A stretch of DNA of 64,000 bases from a virus (Duplodnaviria; Caudoviricetes), in the IMG/VR virus record IMGVR_UViG_3300015610_000750, positions 1 through 64,000 of that record. The stretch is one strand, 5' to 3'. A model generated the notes under the pieces. It saw only the letters and a program-made list of their open reading frames with translations, did not search any database and had not been told where the DNA came from. The stretch's first letter is position 1; the number at the start of each line of letters is the position of its first letter. Both the position numbers and the translations under genes were made by a program. This document shows, one piece after another, positions 38,971 to 49,598 of this stretch.

Positions 38971-39932
38971 ATCAATATATCCCTAAGTTTACCAATTATT
39001 GTCATTCCCAATACTATTGGGTCTGTATTTGTTTCCAATTTAGAGGTGTAGTCAGCAATAACATAATTACATTCAAATAACTTGTCTATATTTTTACCTT
39101 CTGATATAGACCAATCTATAAATGGCTTACCTAATATAGAGACCATTGAATCTATCTTCTCGGCTCCAAAATTACTCATTAGGAAGTGGTATGTTTTTTC
39201 ATAGTCAACATCTTTATCATATAATAGACTATATAATTCCAATTTAAGTTTATTGGATACATTAGAAGATGATTGTATAAGTCCACCAGTGTTCATGAAA
39301 TTCTGGATACTTACCATTATTCCTCTGAAGTCGGGAAACTTTTTATTTATAATCGATACCAAGTCTTCTTTAGATATTGTTACTTCTTCTTTAGGTAGAA
39401 TTGTATTTTGTATTCTTTTATACATCTCTGTCTTCAAGAATTTTTCTTCTTCAACATCTTGACAATCAAAGTTAACTTCTATGAATCTTGATCTAATTCC
39501 TGGTGTTATCTTATTTAAGTGATTGGTTGTTAATATGAACCTAACATTCTTGTGATACTTTTCAATAAATGCTTTGAACGCATCTTGAAATTGTGTAGAT
39601 ACTCTCTCGAACTCATCTAAAAATACATATTTAATATCCGAATCTGAATCCATCATCGGAGTCACTTTACAGAAATTTTCTATCTCTGATCTTAAGACAT
39701 CAATAGATGTAAACAATGAACTATTCAATTCTAAAAATGCTTTGTCCTTTGTGTACTTACCGATTAATACTCTCGCAAGAGTCGTTTTTCCTGTTCCATA
39801 GTGACCATGAAATATGTAGTTACTATTTACACCTTTTTCAAATTGTTTTTTTATTCTAGGTAATAGGATTGTATCGTCTATTGATTTTGGACGCCATTTT
39901 TCCCATAAAAGAAGTTCGTTTGTATTTGACAT
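38967..39932 (-). CDS. clamp loader subunit (T4 gp44/RFC-like)
   Basis: WEKWRPK, GHYGTGKT, FLDEFE, FILTTN, IRSR, FPDFR. Confidence 0.92.
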   Translation of the reverse strand: MSNTNELLLWEKWRPKSIDDTILLPRIKKQFEKGVNSNYIFHGHYGTGKTTLARVLIGKYTKDKAFLELNSSLFTSIDVLRSEIENFCKVTPMMDSDSDIKYVFLDEFERVSTQFQDAFKAFIEKYHKNVRFILTTNHLNKITPGIRSRFIEVNFDCQDVEEEKFLKTEMYKRIQNTILPKEEVTISKEDLVSIINKKFPDFRGIMVSIQNFMNTGGLIQSSSNVSNKLKLELYSLLYDKDVDYEKTYHFLMSNFGAEKIDSMVSILGKPFIDWSISEGKNIDKLFECNYVIADYTSKLETNTDPIVLGMTIIGKLRDILI

Positions 39933-39982
39933 AGTTAATATATTGTTGATCGGAGGGAAAGTTTAATTTTTATATATACAGT

Positions 39983-40852
39983 ATGATTGGTGAAAGGTTT
40001 AATTTTGAAGACGTATTTTTCCGTGATTTGACAGTGTGTGTATTGGATACACTTGAAGGTCAAGTTAAATGGTTAAATAGGTTTGCGGCGGGAGATAACT
40101 ATGTTAATGTCCCATTTTACTACTCTTTAACTGGAGATGAGAGGTTTCTATTAGATTCTTTTCAAGATGATGTTGTTTCACAAAACAGATTTGTTGAGTT
40201 AAACACAGATATTGTCCCAAGAGGTCACTTAACTATGACCGGATTTAATATAAAGTCAGATGAATTTGCTAATCCAAATGTTTGGCTTAGAATGGTTATT
40301 GAAAATGAAGTTGAAATAAGAAAGGTTTTGGCAAAAGTTAGAGCTATTCCTATTTCAGTTAATTTCGACTTAGCTATTATGGTAAATAGTGAAATCGATG
40401 TTTTTAAGTGTAGTCAGGCTATAATGGATACGTTGTGGCTTTATAGATATATGTATTTTGAACATAACTTCATGAACATAGATGCTATAATGATAATGCC
40501 AGATACAGAGCAAATTGAGATAACAAGGGAGAAGAATATGTCGAGTGATAATGCTATAAAGTTATCATTATCATTTGAAGTTCATACATATTATCCAGCT
40601 TTGAGAAAAGACAGAATGGGATCAAATGGAACTGGACCAGCGACTGGGCCTGGTGGAACAGGTGGACCAGGAGACTACTTAAATACACAGTCTGGTGTAA
40701 CTCCTTCTGACCAGCAGGGTTCTTACTTGAATCCTTCGTATGCTATAGTTCCTAAAAGAACAAGATGGTTCAACAATATATTGAAATCTAGAGAGAGTTC
40801 TACCGCTAGACCAAGTAACCCAAATTCAGAAAATGACAATACTAATCAGTAA
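39983..40852 (+). CDS. tail terminator/sheath stabiliser (T4 gp15-like)
   Basis: VPFYYS...ERFL...VPRG...PISVNFDL pattern. Confidence 0.6.
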   Translation: MIGERFNFEDVFFRDLTVCVLDTLEGQVKWLNRFAAGDNYVNVPFYYSLTGDERFLLDSFQDDVVSQNRFVELNTDIVPRGHLTMTGFNIKSDEFANPNVWLRMVIENEVEIRKVLAKVRAIPISVNFDLAIMVNSEIDVFKCSQAIMDTLWLYRYMYFEHNFMNIDAIMIMPDTEQIEITREKNMSSDNAIKLSLSFEVHTYYPALRKDRMGSNGTGPATGPGGTGGPGDYLNTQSGVTPSDQQGSYLNPSYAIVPKRTRWFNNILKSRESSTARPSNPNSENDNTNQ

Positions 40853-40921
40853 AAGAAAAATGGTAAAAATTGACATTTTGGAACTAATATATAGTTTATA
40901 TAAAAAATAACATTTTAAAGT

Positions 40922-42205
40922 ATGAAGAATCTTAAACTAGAGCTGTTTAACTTCAAAAAGAACCTTTCTCTTGATCAAGAAGAAGTTTCAAGAATAGTTG
41001 AGGCACATTTAAATTCATGTAATGACTTATCGGAAAAGACTATTGTGCTTTCGCTAAACGAAAGACTTAAGCCATATACATATGATAAGGATGTTAAATC
41101 TTTGCTAGAAGGTTTAAATGATGATATGAAAAATTACGAACTTGTTTATGAATTAAAGAACCTATACAGCGTTCTTAGCTCAAAAAACCAGGGAGAACTT
41201 TACAGACAACCTATCAATGTTTTGTTACAAACAATTAATCTTGAGTCAGATCAAGATAGAATGTCTAAGATTCTTAATGAATTGGCAGTATATGACTGGG
41301 TTCCAGAAATAAAATTATTTGTTCATAACTTAACAAAATCTCCTGAACAAAGATCAAACCTTTTAAGTGGTGGTAAAGGAGAGTCAATCTTCACTATTGT
41401 TGAACAAGTTGAAGATGGTCACATAGCTCTTGTAAAAGATTCTTGGTTCATTTTAAATGAAAATACAATTGAGAAGACATTACTTGAGACTCATGTTAAG
41501 GATGAAGAAACTCTTAGAACTTTAAGAATGTTAGAAACAGCTATGAAGTATGCTTATGTTACTGAAGATAGAGTTAATTTCAGAATTTCTGAATATTTAA
41601 CCATCGGTCTTGCAGTTAATGAGAAAGGTGGTATCTTCATTAATGATGATGAAATGAACGAAGAGACAACTCTTGAAAGTTTATTCTCATCTCCAATTGT
41701 TCCTATCGTGAACAAAAACTTCTACCCATTATTAGTTGAAGTTTCTAAAAATTTATCTAACTTCGTTGAATTAGACGTTGTTAAGAGAATTTCTAACTTA
41801 ATTAACCCATACTTAGAAGTATTTGCATTTAATTATAAAAACAGTACATACTTATACAGATGTGATGAGAGATATGGTAACTCATTCTTCAAATATGAGT
41901 CAGCTCTTGAATTAGTTAACGAAGTAAGAAACGAGTTAAACTATGATTTAACATATTTCTATGAGAATAGATTAGATAAAGAAGTAGTTGCTAAGAAAAA
42001 ACTTGAAGACAAAGAAAGAGAAATTTCTCTTAAATTAGAAGATGTGAACTTTAACATTTCAAAAGTTAAAGGTTCTATTCAAATGATTGGAGAATCTCAA
42101 GTATTATCACAAGCATTAGGTAATCTTGAAAAGAGAAAAAATTCTTTAGAGACTGAACTACAAGCTGTGAAAGAATTACAATATAAAGAAAGAATTAAAC
42201 TTTAA
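40922..42205 (+). CDS. hypothetical late (probably structural) protein
   Basis: 427-aa ORF after TAATATATA; C-terminal coiled coil. Confidence 0.7.
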   Translation: MKNLKLELFNFKKNLSLDQEEVSRIVEAHLNSCNDLSEKTIVLSLNERLKPYTYDKDVKSLLEGLNDDMKNYELVYELKNLYSVLSSKNQGELYRQPINVLLQTINLESDQDRMSKILNELAVYDWVPEIKLFVHNLTKSPEQRSNLLSGGKGESIFTIVEQVEDGHIALVKDSWFILNENTIEKTLLETHVKDEETLRTLRMLETAMKYAYVTEDRVNFRISEYLTIGLAVNEKGGIFINDDEMNEETTLESLFSSPIVPIVNKNFYPLLVEVSKNLSNFVELDVVKRISNLINPYLEVFAFNYKNSTYLYRCDERYGNSFFKYESALELVNEVRNELNYDLTYFYENRLDKEVVAKKKLEDKEREISLKLEDVNFNISKVKGSIQMIGESQVLSQALGNLEKRKNSLETELQAVKELQYKERIKL

Positions 42206-42332
42206 TTTATTATTTTAATATCATGAAATTAAACCCTGATTTTTTAATCGGGGTTTAATCTTTTTAAAAAATACTAATATAATGATTAAAGCATTCCACA
42301 TAGGGGAACCCTAAAAAAATAAATGCTTAATA

Positions 42333-42698
42333 ATGTATCTTAATAATAAAGATTTGTATGTTGAAATAATAGTATCAAAGGCACAAGGAAAACTTACCAG
42401 AAACGCTGAGAAAATGTTAGAGTTGTTGGCTAAAAAAACAATTAAAAAGATGAGATATTGGTCTAACGATGATAAACTTGATTGTTATCAAAGTGGACTC
42501 TTAGATATGTTTCAAAACTGGTATAACTTTAATGAAGAAAAATCTGTAAATGCTTTCGCATACTTCACAGAAGTCTTTAAGAGAGGTATCGCTAAAGGAT
42601 ATAACGAACTCTATAAGAAGAAAGGTGACAACGAACATCTAATAAAACTAATTTCAATAGAAGGTTCAAATGAAGGTCAAGGATTACACTCACTCTAG
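42333..42698 (+). CDS. late-transcription sigma factor (T4 gp55-like)
   Basis: YLNNKDLY, NFNEEKSVNAFAYFT. Confidence 0.8.
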   Translation: MYLNNKDLYVEIIVSKAQGKLTRNAEKMLELLAKKTIKKMRYWSNDDKLDCYQSGLLDMFQNWYNFNEEKSVNAFAYFTEVFKRGIAKGYNELYKKKGDNEHLIKLISIEGSNEGQGLHSL

Positions 42699-42702
42699 TG
42701 TT

Positions 42703-42861
42703 ATGGTCACTGACCTATTTACTTATGATATGGTTACTGATCCGGGATTTTCCGACTCTAAATTAGAGATGCCTTATGAACTTTGGATTAAACTTAGAAA
42801 TAATGAGAGAAAGAGATTAATTTCAAATATTTTAGACAAAATAAAAAAACCACTCGATTGA
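42703..42861 (+). CDS. small hypothetical protein
   Basis: ATG at 42703; C-terminal RKRLISNILD motif; followed by a terminator. Confidence 0.5.
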   Translation: MVTDLFTYDMVTDPGFSDSKLEMPYELWIKLRNNERKRLISNILDKIKKPLD

Positions 42862-42873
42862 GTGGTTTTCTTT

Positions 42874-43179
42874 TTATTTCTTTTTGTATCTTTTACTTTC
42901 CATTGTTTCTGATGAGGCTACATTTCTAACAGCTGGTTCTTCTACACCAACCATTCTGCTTTTACCTCCTTCAGTTGCGTAACTTAAAGAGTAAACACCA
43001 AGTTCAACATCTTCATTTTGATTAGCAATGAATTCCATTTTATCTTCAGCTTCTTCTTGAGAATTAGCTCTTACAGTGATATCACAAGTGAATGTGTAAT
43101 AGTTATTCACATCTGTATCTTCACCCCAATTTTGTTTAGGTTTTTGTTCATATAGTTCGTTGAACTTCTTAATCTTCAT
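42874..43179 (-). CDS. hypothetical protein, putative internal head protein
   Basis: MKIKKFNELYE N-terminus. Confidence 0.65.
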   Translation of the reverse strand: MKIKKFNELYEQKPKQNWGEDTDVNNYYTFTCDITVRANSQEEAEDKMEFIANQNEDVELGVYSLSYATEGGKSRMVGVEEPAVRNVASSETMESKRYKKK

Positions 43180-43273
43180 AATAATGAATTATTTTTTAAT
43201 AATGTATATATTATTTTTTATAACGTAATTTATATATAAAAAACAAAAACCCACTTTTCAGTGGGTTTTTTTA

Positions 43274-44359
43274 TTATGCCAATTCATTTATTTCACTGAA
43301 TACTGTTTCAAGCATTCTATTTGATACTAAATAAGGGTCGCAGTTTGAGGCAGGTCTCCTATCTTCAAAATATCCTTTCTTATCAACTATTGCCTGAGCT
43401 GGTATTCTGATTGATGTGTCTCTTGTGCTATATCCATAGCTAAAGTCATGTATACCTGATGTTTCATGTTCACCGGTTAATCTTTGTTCATTGTGTAATC
43501 CATATACATCAATGTGATTTTGATGATTTTTTTCAAGTTTAATCATCGATTCTTTTATTATATCGATACCACCTTCAGATCTCATTTCTTTAGTCGAGAA
43601 GTTAACATGACATCCTGTTCCATTCCAATCACCTTTGATAGGTTTTGGGTGAAGAGATACATTGACATTATGTTTTTCTGCCACTCTTTGTAATAGATAT
43701 CTAGATATCCATAATTGATCTGAACCATTTAATGCGGTTACTGGTCCAATTTGATACTCCCATTGTCCTAAAAGAACTTCTGCATTTATACCAGATATTT
43801 CTAAACCTATATTTAAACATAGATTCATATGTTCTTCTACTATTTCTCTACCAACAACAGTATCAGCTCCTATTCCACAGTAATAATCACCTTGTGGTCT
43901 TGGAGTTTGACCTATTGTAAATCCTAATGGTAAACCAACTCCCTCAGAAAATGGTGAAACTGGTTTGTGTGTCAGTGTGTATTCTTGTTCCCATCCAAAC
44001 CAAGGTAATTCTGATTTTGGTGAGTTTTCATTTATTCCTAGTTCTTTTAATCTATTTACTAGTTTGTGTCTGTTATTTGATTCGTGTGGTGTTCCATCTG
44101 GACTCATAACTTCACATAAAACTAATTTAGAACCATTATTTCTAAAGGGGTCGTTTACTACAAATACTGGTTTTAATAAACAGTCAGTATTTTTGCCTTT
44201 TCCAGATAAAGCTTGTTTTGTTGAACTTCCATCAAATGACCAAATTGAATAGTTTGATGGGTCATTGTTTTCAATGGGTTCAGATATTTTTGTCTTACTT
44301 CTCAGTTGTTGTGGGTTATTCCCATCCAACCAAATGTACTCTAACATGATTTTATTCAT
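43274..44359 (-). CDS. glnII: glutamine synthetase type II
   Basis: LEYIWLDG, LRSKT, WSFDGSST, EQEY, GDYYCG, INAEV..GQWEYQIGP, HPKP..GDWNGTGCH, RLTGEHET, YFEDRRPASNCDPY. Confidence 0.93.
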   Translation of the reverse strand: MNKIMLEYIWLDGNNPQQLRSKTKISEPIENNDPSNYSIWSFDGSSTKQALSGKGKNTDCLLKPVFVVNDPFRNNGSKLVLCEVMSPDGTPHESNNRHKLVNRLKELGINENSPKSELPWFGWEQEYTLTHKPVSPFSEGVGLPLGFTIGQTPRPQGDYYCGIGADTVVGREIVEEHMNLCLNIGLEISGINAEVLLGQWEYQIGPVTALNGSDQLWISRYLLQRVAEKHNVNVSLHPKPIKGDWNGTGCHVNFSTKEMRSEGGIDIIKESMIKLEKNHQNHIDVYGLHNEQRLTGEHETSGIHDFSYGYSTRDTSIRIPAQAIVDKKGYFEDRRPASNCDPYLVSNRMLETVFSEINELA

Positions 44360-44434
44360 ATGTATGGTTTTATTTTTGTTTATTATATTAATTTTTAAAA
44401 CTTAGTTTCTTCCAAAACATACAATTTTTATAAA

Positions 44435-44746
44435 ATGAGATCGATGAATAAAGTAATTTTACAATTTTGGGAAGAGTCCGAAAGAGGATGGGGAACTAGA
44501 CCTGATGGGTGTTCACTTCATTTAGACATTAATAGTAGAAACTCATATGTTGAGAAAATATATGAAGATAGAAAGTCATCTGATGTTCCAGATGAGTATG
44601 ATAGAATTGTAGGTGAACCAATAGACGCTTTTATAAGTGATGTTATGTTTGCTAGAGTTAAGTTGAAAACTAATGTTAGAATACACGAGCATGAGTTAAA
44701 TAATTTAATGAATATGGCAGAAATAATAGTTAAAGATGATAAATAG
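44435..44746 (+). CDS. hypothetical phage protein (WEESERGWG motif)
   Basis: WEESERGWGTRPDGCSLH...VPDEYDR. Confidence 0.7.
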   Translation: MRSMNKVILQFWEESERGWGTRPDGCSLHLDINSRNSYVEKIYEDRKSSDVPDEYDRIVGEPIDAFISDVMFARVKLKTNVRIHEHELNNLMNMAEIIVKDDK

Positions 44747-45083
44747 TATTTTCTATATTCTATTGTTTCTATTCATTTGGAATGAATTCTATTATGTTAG
44801 AAATAGAAACAAATTAGCTACTAAATTTAGGGATAGGGCAATTGAGTCTTATACTTTATTTGACGTAGTATATTACCTAACTAGAGTTTTTTATTGGTTT
44901 TGGTTAATCATTGGTTGTTTTTCACATTTACAGCATTATTTTCAGATAATAATACTGTTATCATTGGGTAAATTTATATTATACCACTTAAATAAGAAAA
45001 TATACGATGTATATGACTTAATAATAGCTATTGTGTCAATAGTTACTTTAATATTATTATTTGTTGATAGGTTTATAAGTTAA
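44736..45083 (+). CDS. membrane protein
   Basis: Several hydrophobic helices. Confidence 0.65.
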   Translation: MINSIFYILLFLFIWNEFYYVRNRNKLATKFRDRAIESYTLFDVVYYLTRVFYWFWLIIGCFSHLQHYFQIIILLSLGKFILYHLNKKIYDVYDLIIAIVSIVTLILLFVDRFIS

Positions 45084-45603
45084 ACCTTTTTAATGTATCT
45101 TCGGTTATAACAATGAACTTATAACCCTTTTTCTCACACCATTTAATCATTGTTTGCCACTTTTCTGCATTCTTTTGAGCCATTTTGAATTTATATTCAA
45201 GTGATTGTAGTTTCTTTAATGATGTTTTTTCTGGTGTTTGAAATTTACCTTCTGTGAATAACACCGCGTCATTATATTCTGCTTTTGGTTTTACCTCAGC
45301 TATAACAGTCTGAATGCTACCATCTGGCATTTTTAGTTCATAGTAGAAATCTGGATAATATGAGTGTTCTTTTATTTTTAACTCACCATTTACAACGTGT
45401 GTCATTTGATAAGGTATTCTTATACATTCGGATCCCCATTTTACAATCTCCTTTTTATTATCCAACCAAGTTATTATTTTCTTTTCCCAAGAGCTTCTAA
45501 AGAAAACTCCACCTTTGGCATTTAACTTAATAACTTTGTCTTTATGTTTTGGGATATAATTCCCTTGATTATACTTGGAGTTATTTGGTGCTGAATTTAA
45601 CAT
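45073..45603 (-). CDS. head completion nuclease (T4 gp4/TnsA-like)
   Basis: FRSSWE, WGSE, YYPDF, EVKP, KW...F..ITE. Confidence 0.85.
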   Translation of the reverse strand: MLNSAPNNSKYNQGNYIPKHKDKVIKLNAKGGVFFRSSWEKKIITWLDNKKEIVKWGSECIRIPYQMTHVVNGELKIKEHSYYPDFYYELKMPDGSIQTVIAEVKPKAEYNDAVLFTEGKFQTPEKTSLKKLQSLEYKFKMAQKNAEKWQTMIKWCEKKGYKFIVITEDTLKRFNL

Positions 45604-45652
45604 ATTTATATATGTGACGTTTTTTTATATATAAAAAAACTCTTTTTTCGAT

Positions 45653-46348
45653 ATGGGTGCATTACAAGACAAAGTTGATTTGAGTCTATTGGTATATGGC
45701 AATGGAGTAGCTGATAATTTTAAAAATAACTCACTATACTTTTATGATAAGTATCAAAAGAGTGATAAGGAAATAACAAGCATAAATGTAAAGGATATTA
45801 AACTCGGTGGTTTTTATTTCCTTCACTATCTGGATGATTCTAATTGGATGAGATGGTCACCTATTTTTGCTTGTGATTATAGAAAGTTCTCTAATCAAGT
45901 TATTTTATTTGGTGTGAACTTTAACTTTATTCCTTTGGAGGTTAGAGTATCTATTTTTGATAAGTTTATCACGGAAGAAGATTTTGAGAAAGACACCTTA
46001 CTTAAGGTTGATTATGCAGGTGTTTATAGAGAGCTTTTAAAATATGGATTTGAGTATGCTATAACTGAGTATAATTTGATACAGGTTAAATTTGTACACA
46101 AAATATCTATGAATATGGTTCCTAGATTTTTATATTCACAACATCCTCAAAATAAATATGATCCAAATAAATTAGTTCAAATATGGAATGCTAAATTGGA
46201 CTCAAGAGATAAGAGACATAAAGAGATGATGTCATCACTATTATCTGATTTCTATGATGTTAATGGTGAGATAAAGGATAAATATAAAAAACTCAAAGAA
46301 CACATACAAAGACTGCAAAATAGTGCAGAAAAATATGGTGGAAAATAA
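45653..46348 (+). CDS. DNA end protector-like protein (T4 gp2-like)
   Basis: GGFYFLHY...PIF...GVNFNFIPLEVR; divergent from the gp4-like gene. Confidence 0.55.
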   Translation: MGALQDKVDLSLLVYGNGVADNFKNNSLYFYDKYQKSDKEITSINVKDIKLGGFYFLHYLDDSNWMRWSPIFACDYRKFSNQVILFGVNFNFIPLEVRVSIFDKFITEEDFEKDTLLKVDYAGVYRELLKYGFEYAITEYNLIQVKFVHKISMNMVPRFLYSQHPQNKYDPNKLVQIWNAKLDSRDKRHKEMMSSLLSDFYDVNGEIKDKYKKLKEHIQRLQNSAEKYGGK

Positions 46349-46364
46349 TTAATATATAGTTAAT

Positions 46365-46838
46365 ATGAAACATCTTAGAAAATTCGAAGAACTTGACTAC
46401 TCTACATATAGTAGTGCTGCTGCAAAACTTAAGCAACATGGTCAAAAGGCAAGAGCTGCAAAATTATCATCTCACGCTGAAGAGATGGAGATGAAAAGAA
46501 TAAATCAAATGTCATTTGATATTCTTGTTGGTGAAACTAGACCATTTAATGATGCTAAATATAAATCAGTAAATGTTTTAAGAGAGAGTGGCGCTAAGGG
46601 TATTGTTTGTATTTTCGAGTCAGGTAATAACACACACAGAGTATTGTCTACTATCAACGCTGATGGTTCTGTTATTTGGAGAGACTATAATAAATTTGCT
46701 AATAGAAAATCAGTTAATGAATATCAGAAATTACTAAGAATGTTGGGTGAATTTCAACCAGAAGTTAAGAAACTTTTAGAGGAGATGAATTTAACTCCTG
46801 ACTCATTAAAAGTTGTTCCTAGAACATTTTATATTTAA
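46365..46838 (+). CDS. hypothetical protein, putative internal head protein
   Basis: MKHLRKFEE N-terminus. Confidence 0.65.
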   Translation: MKHLRKFEELDYSTYSSAAAKLKQHGQKARAAKLSSHAEEMEMKRINQMSFDILVGETRPFNDAKYKSVNVLRESGAKGIVCIFESGNNTHRVLSTINADGSVIWRDYNKFANRKSVNEYQKLLRMLGEFQPEVKKLLEEMNLTPDSLKVVPRTFYI

Positions 46839-46905
46839 TTGGCCTACCCTGGGTTTGGAGGGGCATCATATTTTTAATATATACCATTAAATTTTAATTT
46901 TTTAA

Positions 46906-48597
46906 ATGGCTTCATATAACCCATCAAACACACAGGGAAATTTTCAATATATTAATTCTGCAGTTGAGAACAAGGGATTGTTTTCGAGAATTTTAAGAAA
47001 CTTATCATCTCATGGTATGAACTATGATGACATGATAGTTAGAAACCAAGTTGGTGTTGGTATAAATGAAGATCCATATGCTGCTAGAGGTAATAGCATG
47101 TATGATTTCTTCTCACAGAGAGCTGTTGCCTCTGTCCTTAATAAGAAGTCTATTCCATATTTAGATAAATCATACGGTGATAAAAGAAGAATTTTAAGAG
47201 AATATTCTATAAAGGATGAGATAAGAGATTTCGTTAGTACTATATGTGATGAATCAATTATCTATAATGATAAGGATTTCTGTCAACCAAAGCCATTATC
47301 AAATGATTACCCACAAGAAGTTAGAGATAAGTATCAAGAGTATTTTGAGAAAGTTTATAATAAGTTTGGATTCTCCGATAACATTAGTGCTTGGAATATG
47401 ATGAGAGATTTTTTAATTGATGGGTATGTTGCGGTTGAGATAATCTATGATGATAAGAAAAAGAATATAATTGGATTTAATAGACTAAGACCCGAAACAT
47501 TAGTTCCCGCATATGAGCCATCTATTGGTCATTTGTGGATTCAATTTCCTGAAGATCCTCAATTGAGAAGGATATTTTTAGATTCTCAGATTATTTATAT
47601 TTCATATTCAACGCAAAATGACTATTCTGAAACTTCATATGTTGAAGGTTTGATTAAGCCTTATAACCAATTAAAGATAATTGAACAAACAAGAATAATG
47701 TTCAACATCATTAATGCTACTGTTTATCAAAAGTTTACTATACCAATTAAGGGATTACCTAGACAAAGAGCTGAAGAGCAAATTGGTCAGTTAATACATG
47801 ACTATTCTGAAGAAGTTGAGTGGGATGATTCACTTGGTACTTTAACTATAAATGGAGCTAAACACTTACCTTACAATAAACAAGTTTGGTTTCCTGAGGG
47901 AGATGCTGGTACTCCAAATATGGAGTTAGTTTCACCAGAAGGACACAACTTAAATGAGAGTGATATACTAACTTGGTTCTATAATGCATTAAAAAGGGCA
48001 TCTAAGATTCCTTTCCAGAGATTTGAAAAGGAAAATGGTGGTGGTAATATATTTACCGATGCTGCTGAGATGACAAGAGATGAGGTTAAGTTTTCTAACT
48101 TCATTGGGAGATTAAGAGCTAACTTTAAAGAATTAGTAGTTAAGCCAATAAAATTACAAATGATGATAGAGTTCCCTGAGTTAAAAGAAGATGAGATATT
48201 TATTAATCAAGTGGATATATCATTTAACTCCAATCAGTTATTTGAAGAGTGGAAGAAGATCGGAAACATGGAGAAGAAAGCCGGTGTTCTATCAACGTTA
48301 CTTGGTATTCAAAAGGCTGATGGTAATCCATACTTCCACATTGAGTACTTAATAGATCACGTATTTAAGTTATCTCCAGAGGAGAAAGAAGAAAATAAGA
48401 AATATTGGACTAAAGAGGGTGCTGGTGGTGGATCTGCTACAGAAGGTGGTGGAGGCGCTGAAGGTGGCGGTGAAATGGGTGGTCCTGAAGGTGGTGGAGA
48501 AGCCGGAGGTCCTGAAATGGGTGGTCCTGAACCGGGTGGTGAAGCTGGTGGAGGTGCTGAAGGTGGCGGTGAAGCTGGTAGTGAATTTGAATTTTAA
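46906..48597 (+). CDS. portal protein (T4 gp20-like) with Gly/Glu-rich C-tail
   Basis: IDG, SYVEGLIKPYNQLKIIE, LKRASKIPFQR, MTRDEVKFSNFIGRLR. Confidence 0.92.
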   Translation: MASYNPSNTQGNFQYINSAVENKGLFSRILRNLSSHGMNYDDMIVRNQVGVGINEDPYAARGNSMYDFFSQRAVASVLNKKSIPYLDKSYGDKRRILREYSIKDEIRDFVSTICDESIIYNDKDFCQPKPLSNDYPQEVRDKYQEYFEKVYNKFGFSDNISAWNMMRDFLIDGYVAVEIIYDDKKKNIIGFNRLRPETLVPAYEPSIGHLWIQFPEDPQLRRIFLDSQIIYISYSTQNDYSETSYVEGLIKPYNQLKIIEQTRIMFNIINATVYQKFTIPIKGLPRQRAEEQIGQLIHDYSEEVEWDDSLGTLTINGAKHLPYNKQVWFPEGDAGTPNMELVSPEGHNLNESDILTWFYNALKRASKIPFQRFEKENGGGNIFTDAAEMTRDEVKFSNFIGRLRANFKELVVKPIKLQMMIEFPELKEDEIFINQVDISFNSNQLFEEWKKIGNMEKKAGVLSTLLGIQKADGNPYFHIEYLIDHVFKLSPEEKEENKKYWTKEGAGGGSATEGGGGAEGGGEMGGPEGGGEAGGPEMGGPEPGGEAGGGAEGGGEAGSEFEF

Positions 48598-48626
48598 CAA
48601 AAAATCCTCTCAAATGAGAGGATTTT

Positions 48627-49049
48627 TTAATTATCTATATAAAACACTACTTTATTTCTTTTTTCGAGTTTCATGACTTTTATCTCTAAGTCTATTTCAT
48701 TTGAGATTATTTCTTTTAATATCTTACCATTAGGAGTTGTCATTGTTTCTATTGTGACTTTCAATCTTTCTACCGTATCATCCTTTATTATGAAGTTCAT
48801 TGATACTATCTTAAATGCAAATTTGGTAATACTTATTTCCTCATTTTCGGGTTTACCGAGTAGTCCAAGAAACTCCCATGATCCTGATGATATCTCATCT
48901 ATTGCGAATTCAACTTTCTTGCCCTCTAATAGAGTATTTAGTTTTACCTCTCTAAGGTATGACTTGAATTCTGGTAATGGTTCTAAAAGATGGTTAAATG
49001 ATGAGAACACCAATTCGCTTTCTAAATTAACTATAAAATCTTTTCTCAA
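48627..49049 (-). CDS. hypothetical protein
   Basis: ORF; REVKLNTLL motif; TPNGKILK. Confidence 0.6.
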   Translation of the reverse strand: MRKDFIVNLESELVFSSFNHLLEPLPEFKSYLREVKLNTLLEGKKVEFAIDEISSGSWEFLGLLGKPENEEISITKFAFKIVSMNFIIKDDTVERLKVTIETMTTPNGKILKEIISNEIDLEIKVMKLEKRNKVVFYIDN

Positions 49050-49441
49050 TTTTCAATTTCCTTTTTTGATATGTTGTCAACTCCGTACTTATCGACTAAT
49101 GTTTTCTTCATCTTAGCCAATACTTTTCTATTTTGAATTGGGTAATCAACACCATGTGTCTTTTGTAGTGAATTTTTTCTTTTTGTTTCAGAACATTTTC
49201 TACAATAGTATTCACCCCATTTGTTATTGTACTTTACATAGTTTTTGAATATGACTTCTTTTTCTTTATCACATCCTTCTCCGTCACATTTACATTTTAT
49301 TTTAAAATGAGAACCTTTTGATAGTAATTCAATTGGTATTACCAAATCATCACCTATTGAAACATCGTCATATCCCATATCCTCATAATATTGGAAATTG
49401 GATTCAGTTATTCTTATAGTTATCTCCCTGGTTAGTATCAT
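49046..49441 (-). CDS. zinc-ribbon protein resembling a homing-endonuclease DNA-binding module, no nuclease domain seen
   Basis: CKCDG..C, YYCRKC, (H/Y)GVD(Y/N) repeats. Confidence 0.5.
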   Translation of the reverse strand: MILTREITIRITESNFQYYEDMGYDDVSIGDDLVIPIELLSKGSHFKIKCKCDGEGCDKEKEVIFKNYVKYNNKWGEYYCRKCSETKRKNSLQKTHGVDYPIQNRKVLAKMKKTLVDKYGVDNISKKEIEN

Positions 49442-49598
49442 GGATTTTTTACAATTTTACTTATTTATTAAAAAATACACGCTTCTTCCATGATTATTAT
49501 AGGTATTTGGAAAATAAGTACTATAAAAAATCCACCTCTGGAAAAAAAGGGTTCTGGTCGACAATATATACTTTACCTTAAAAAATAAGATATTTTAA

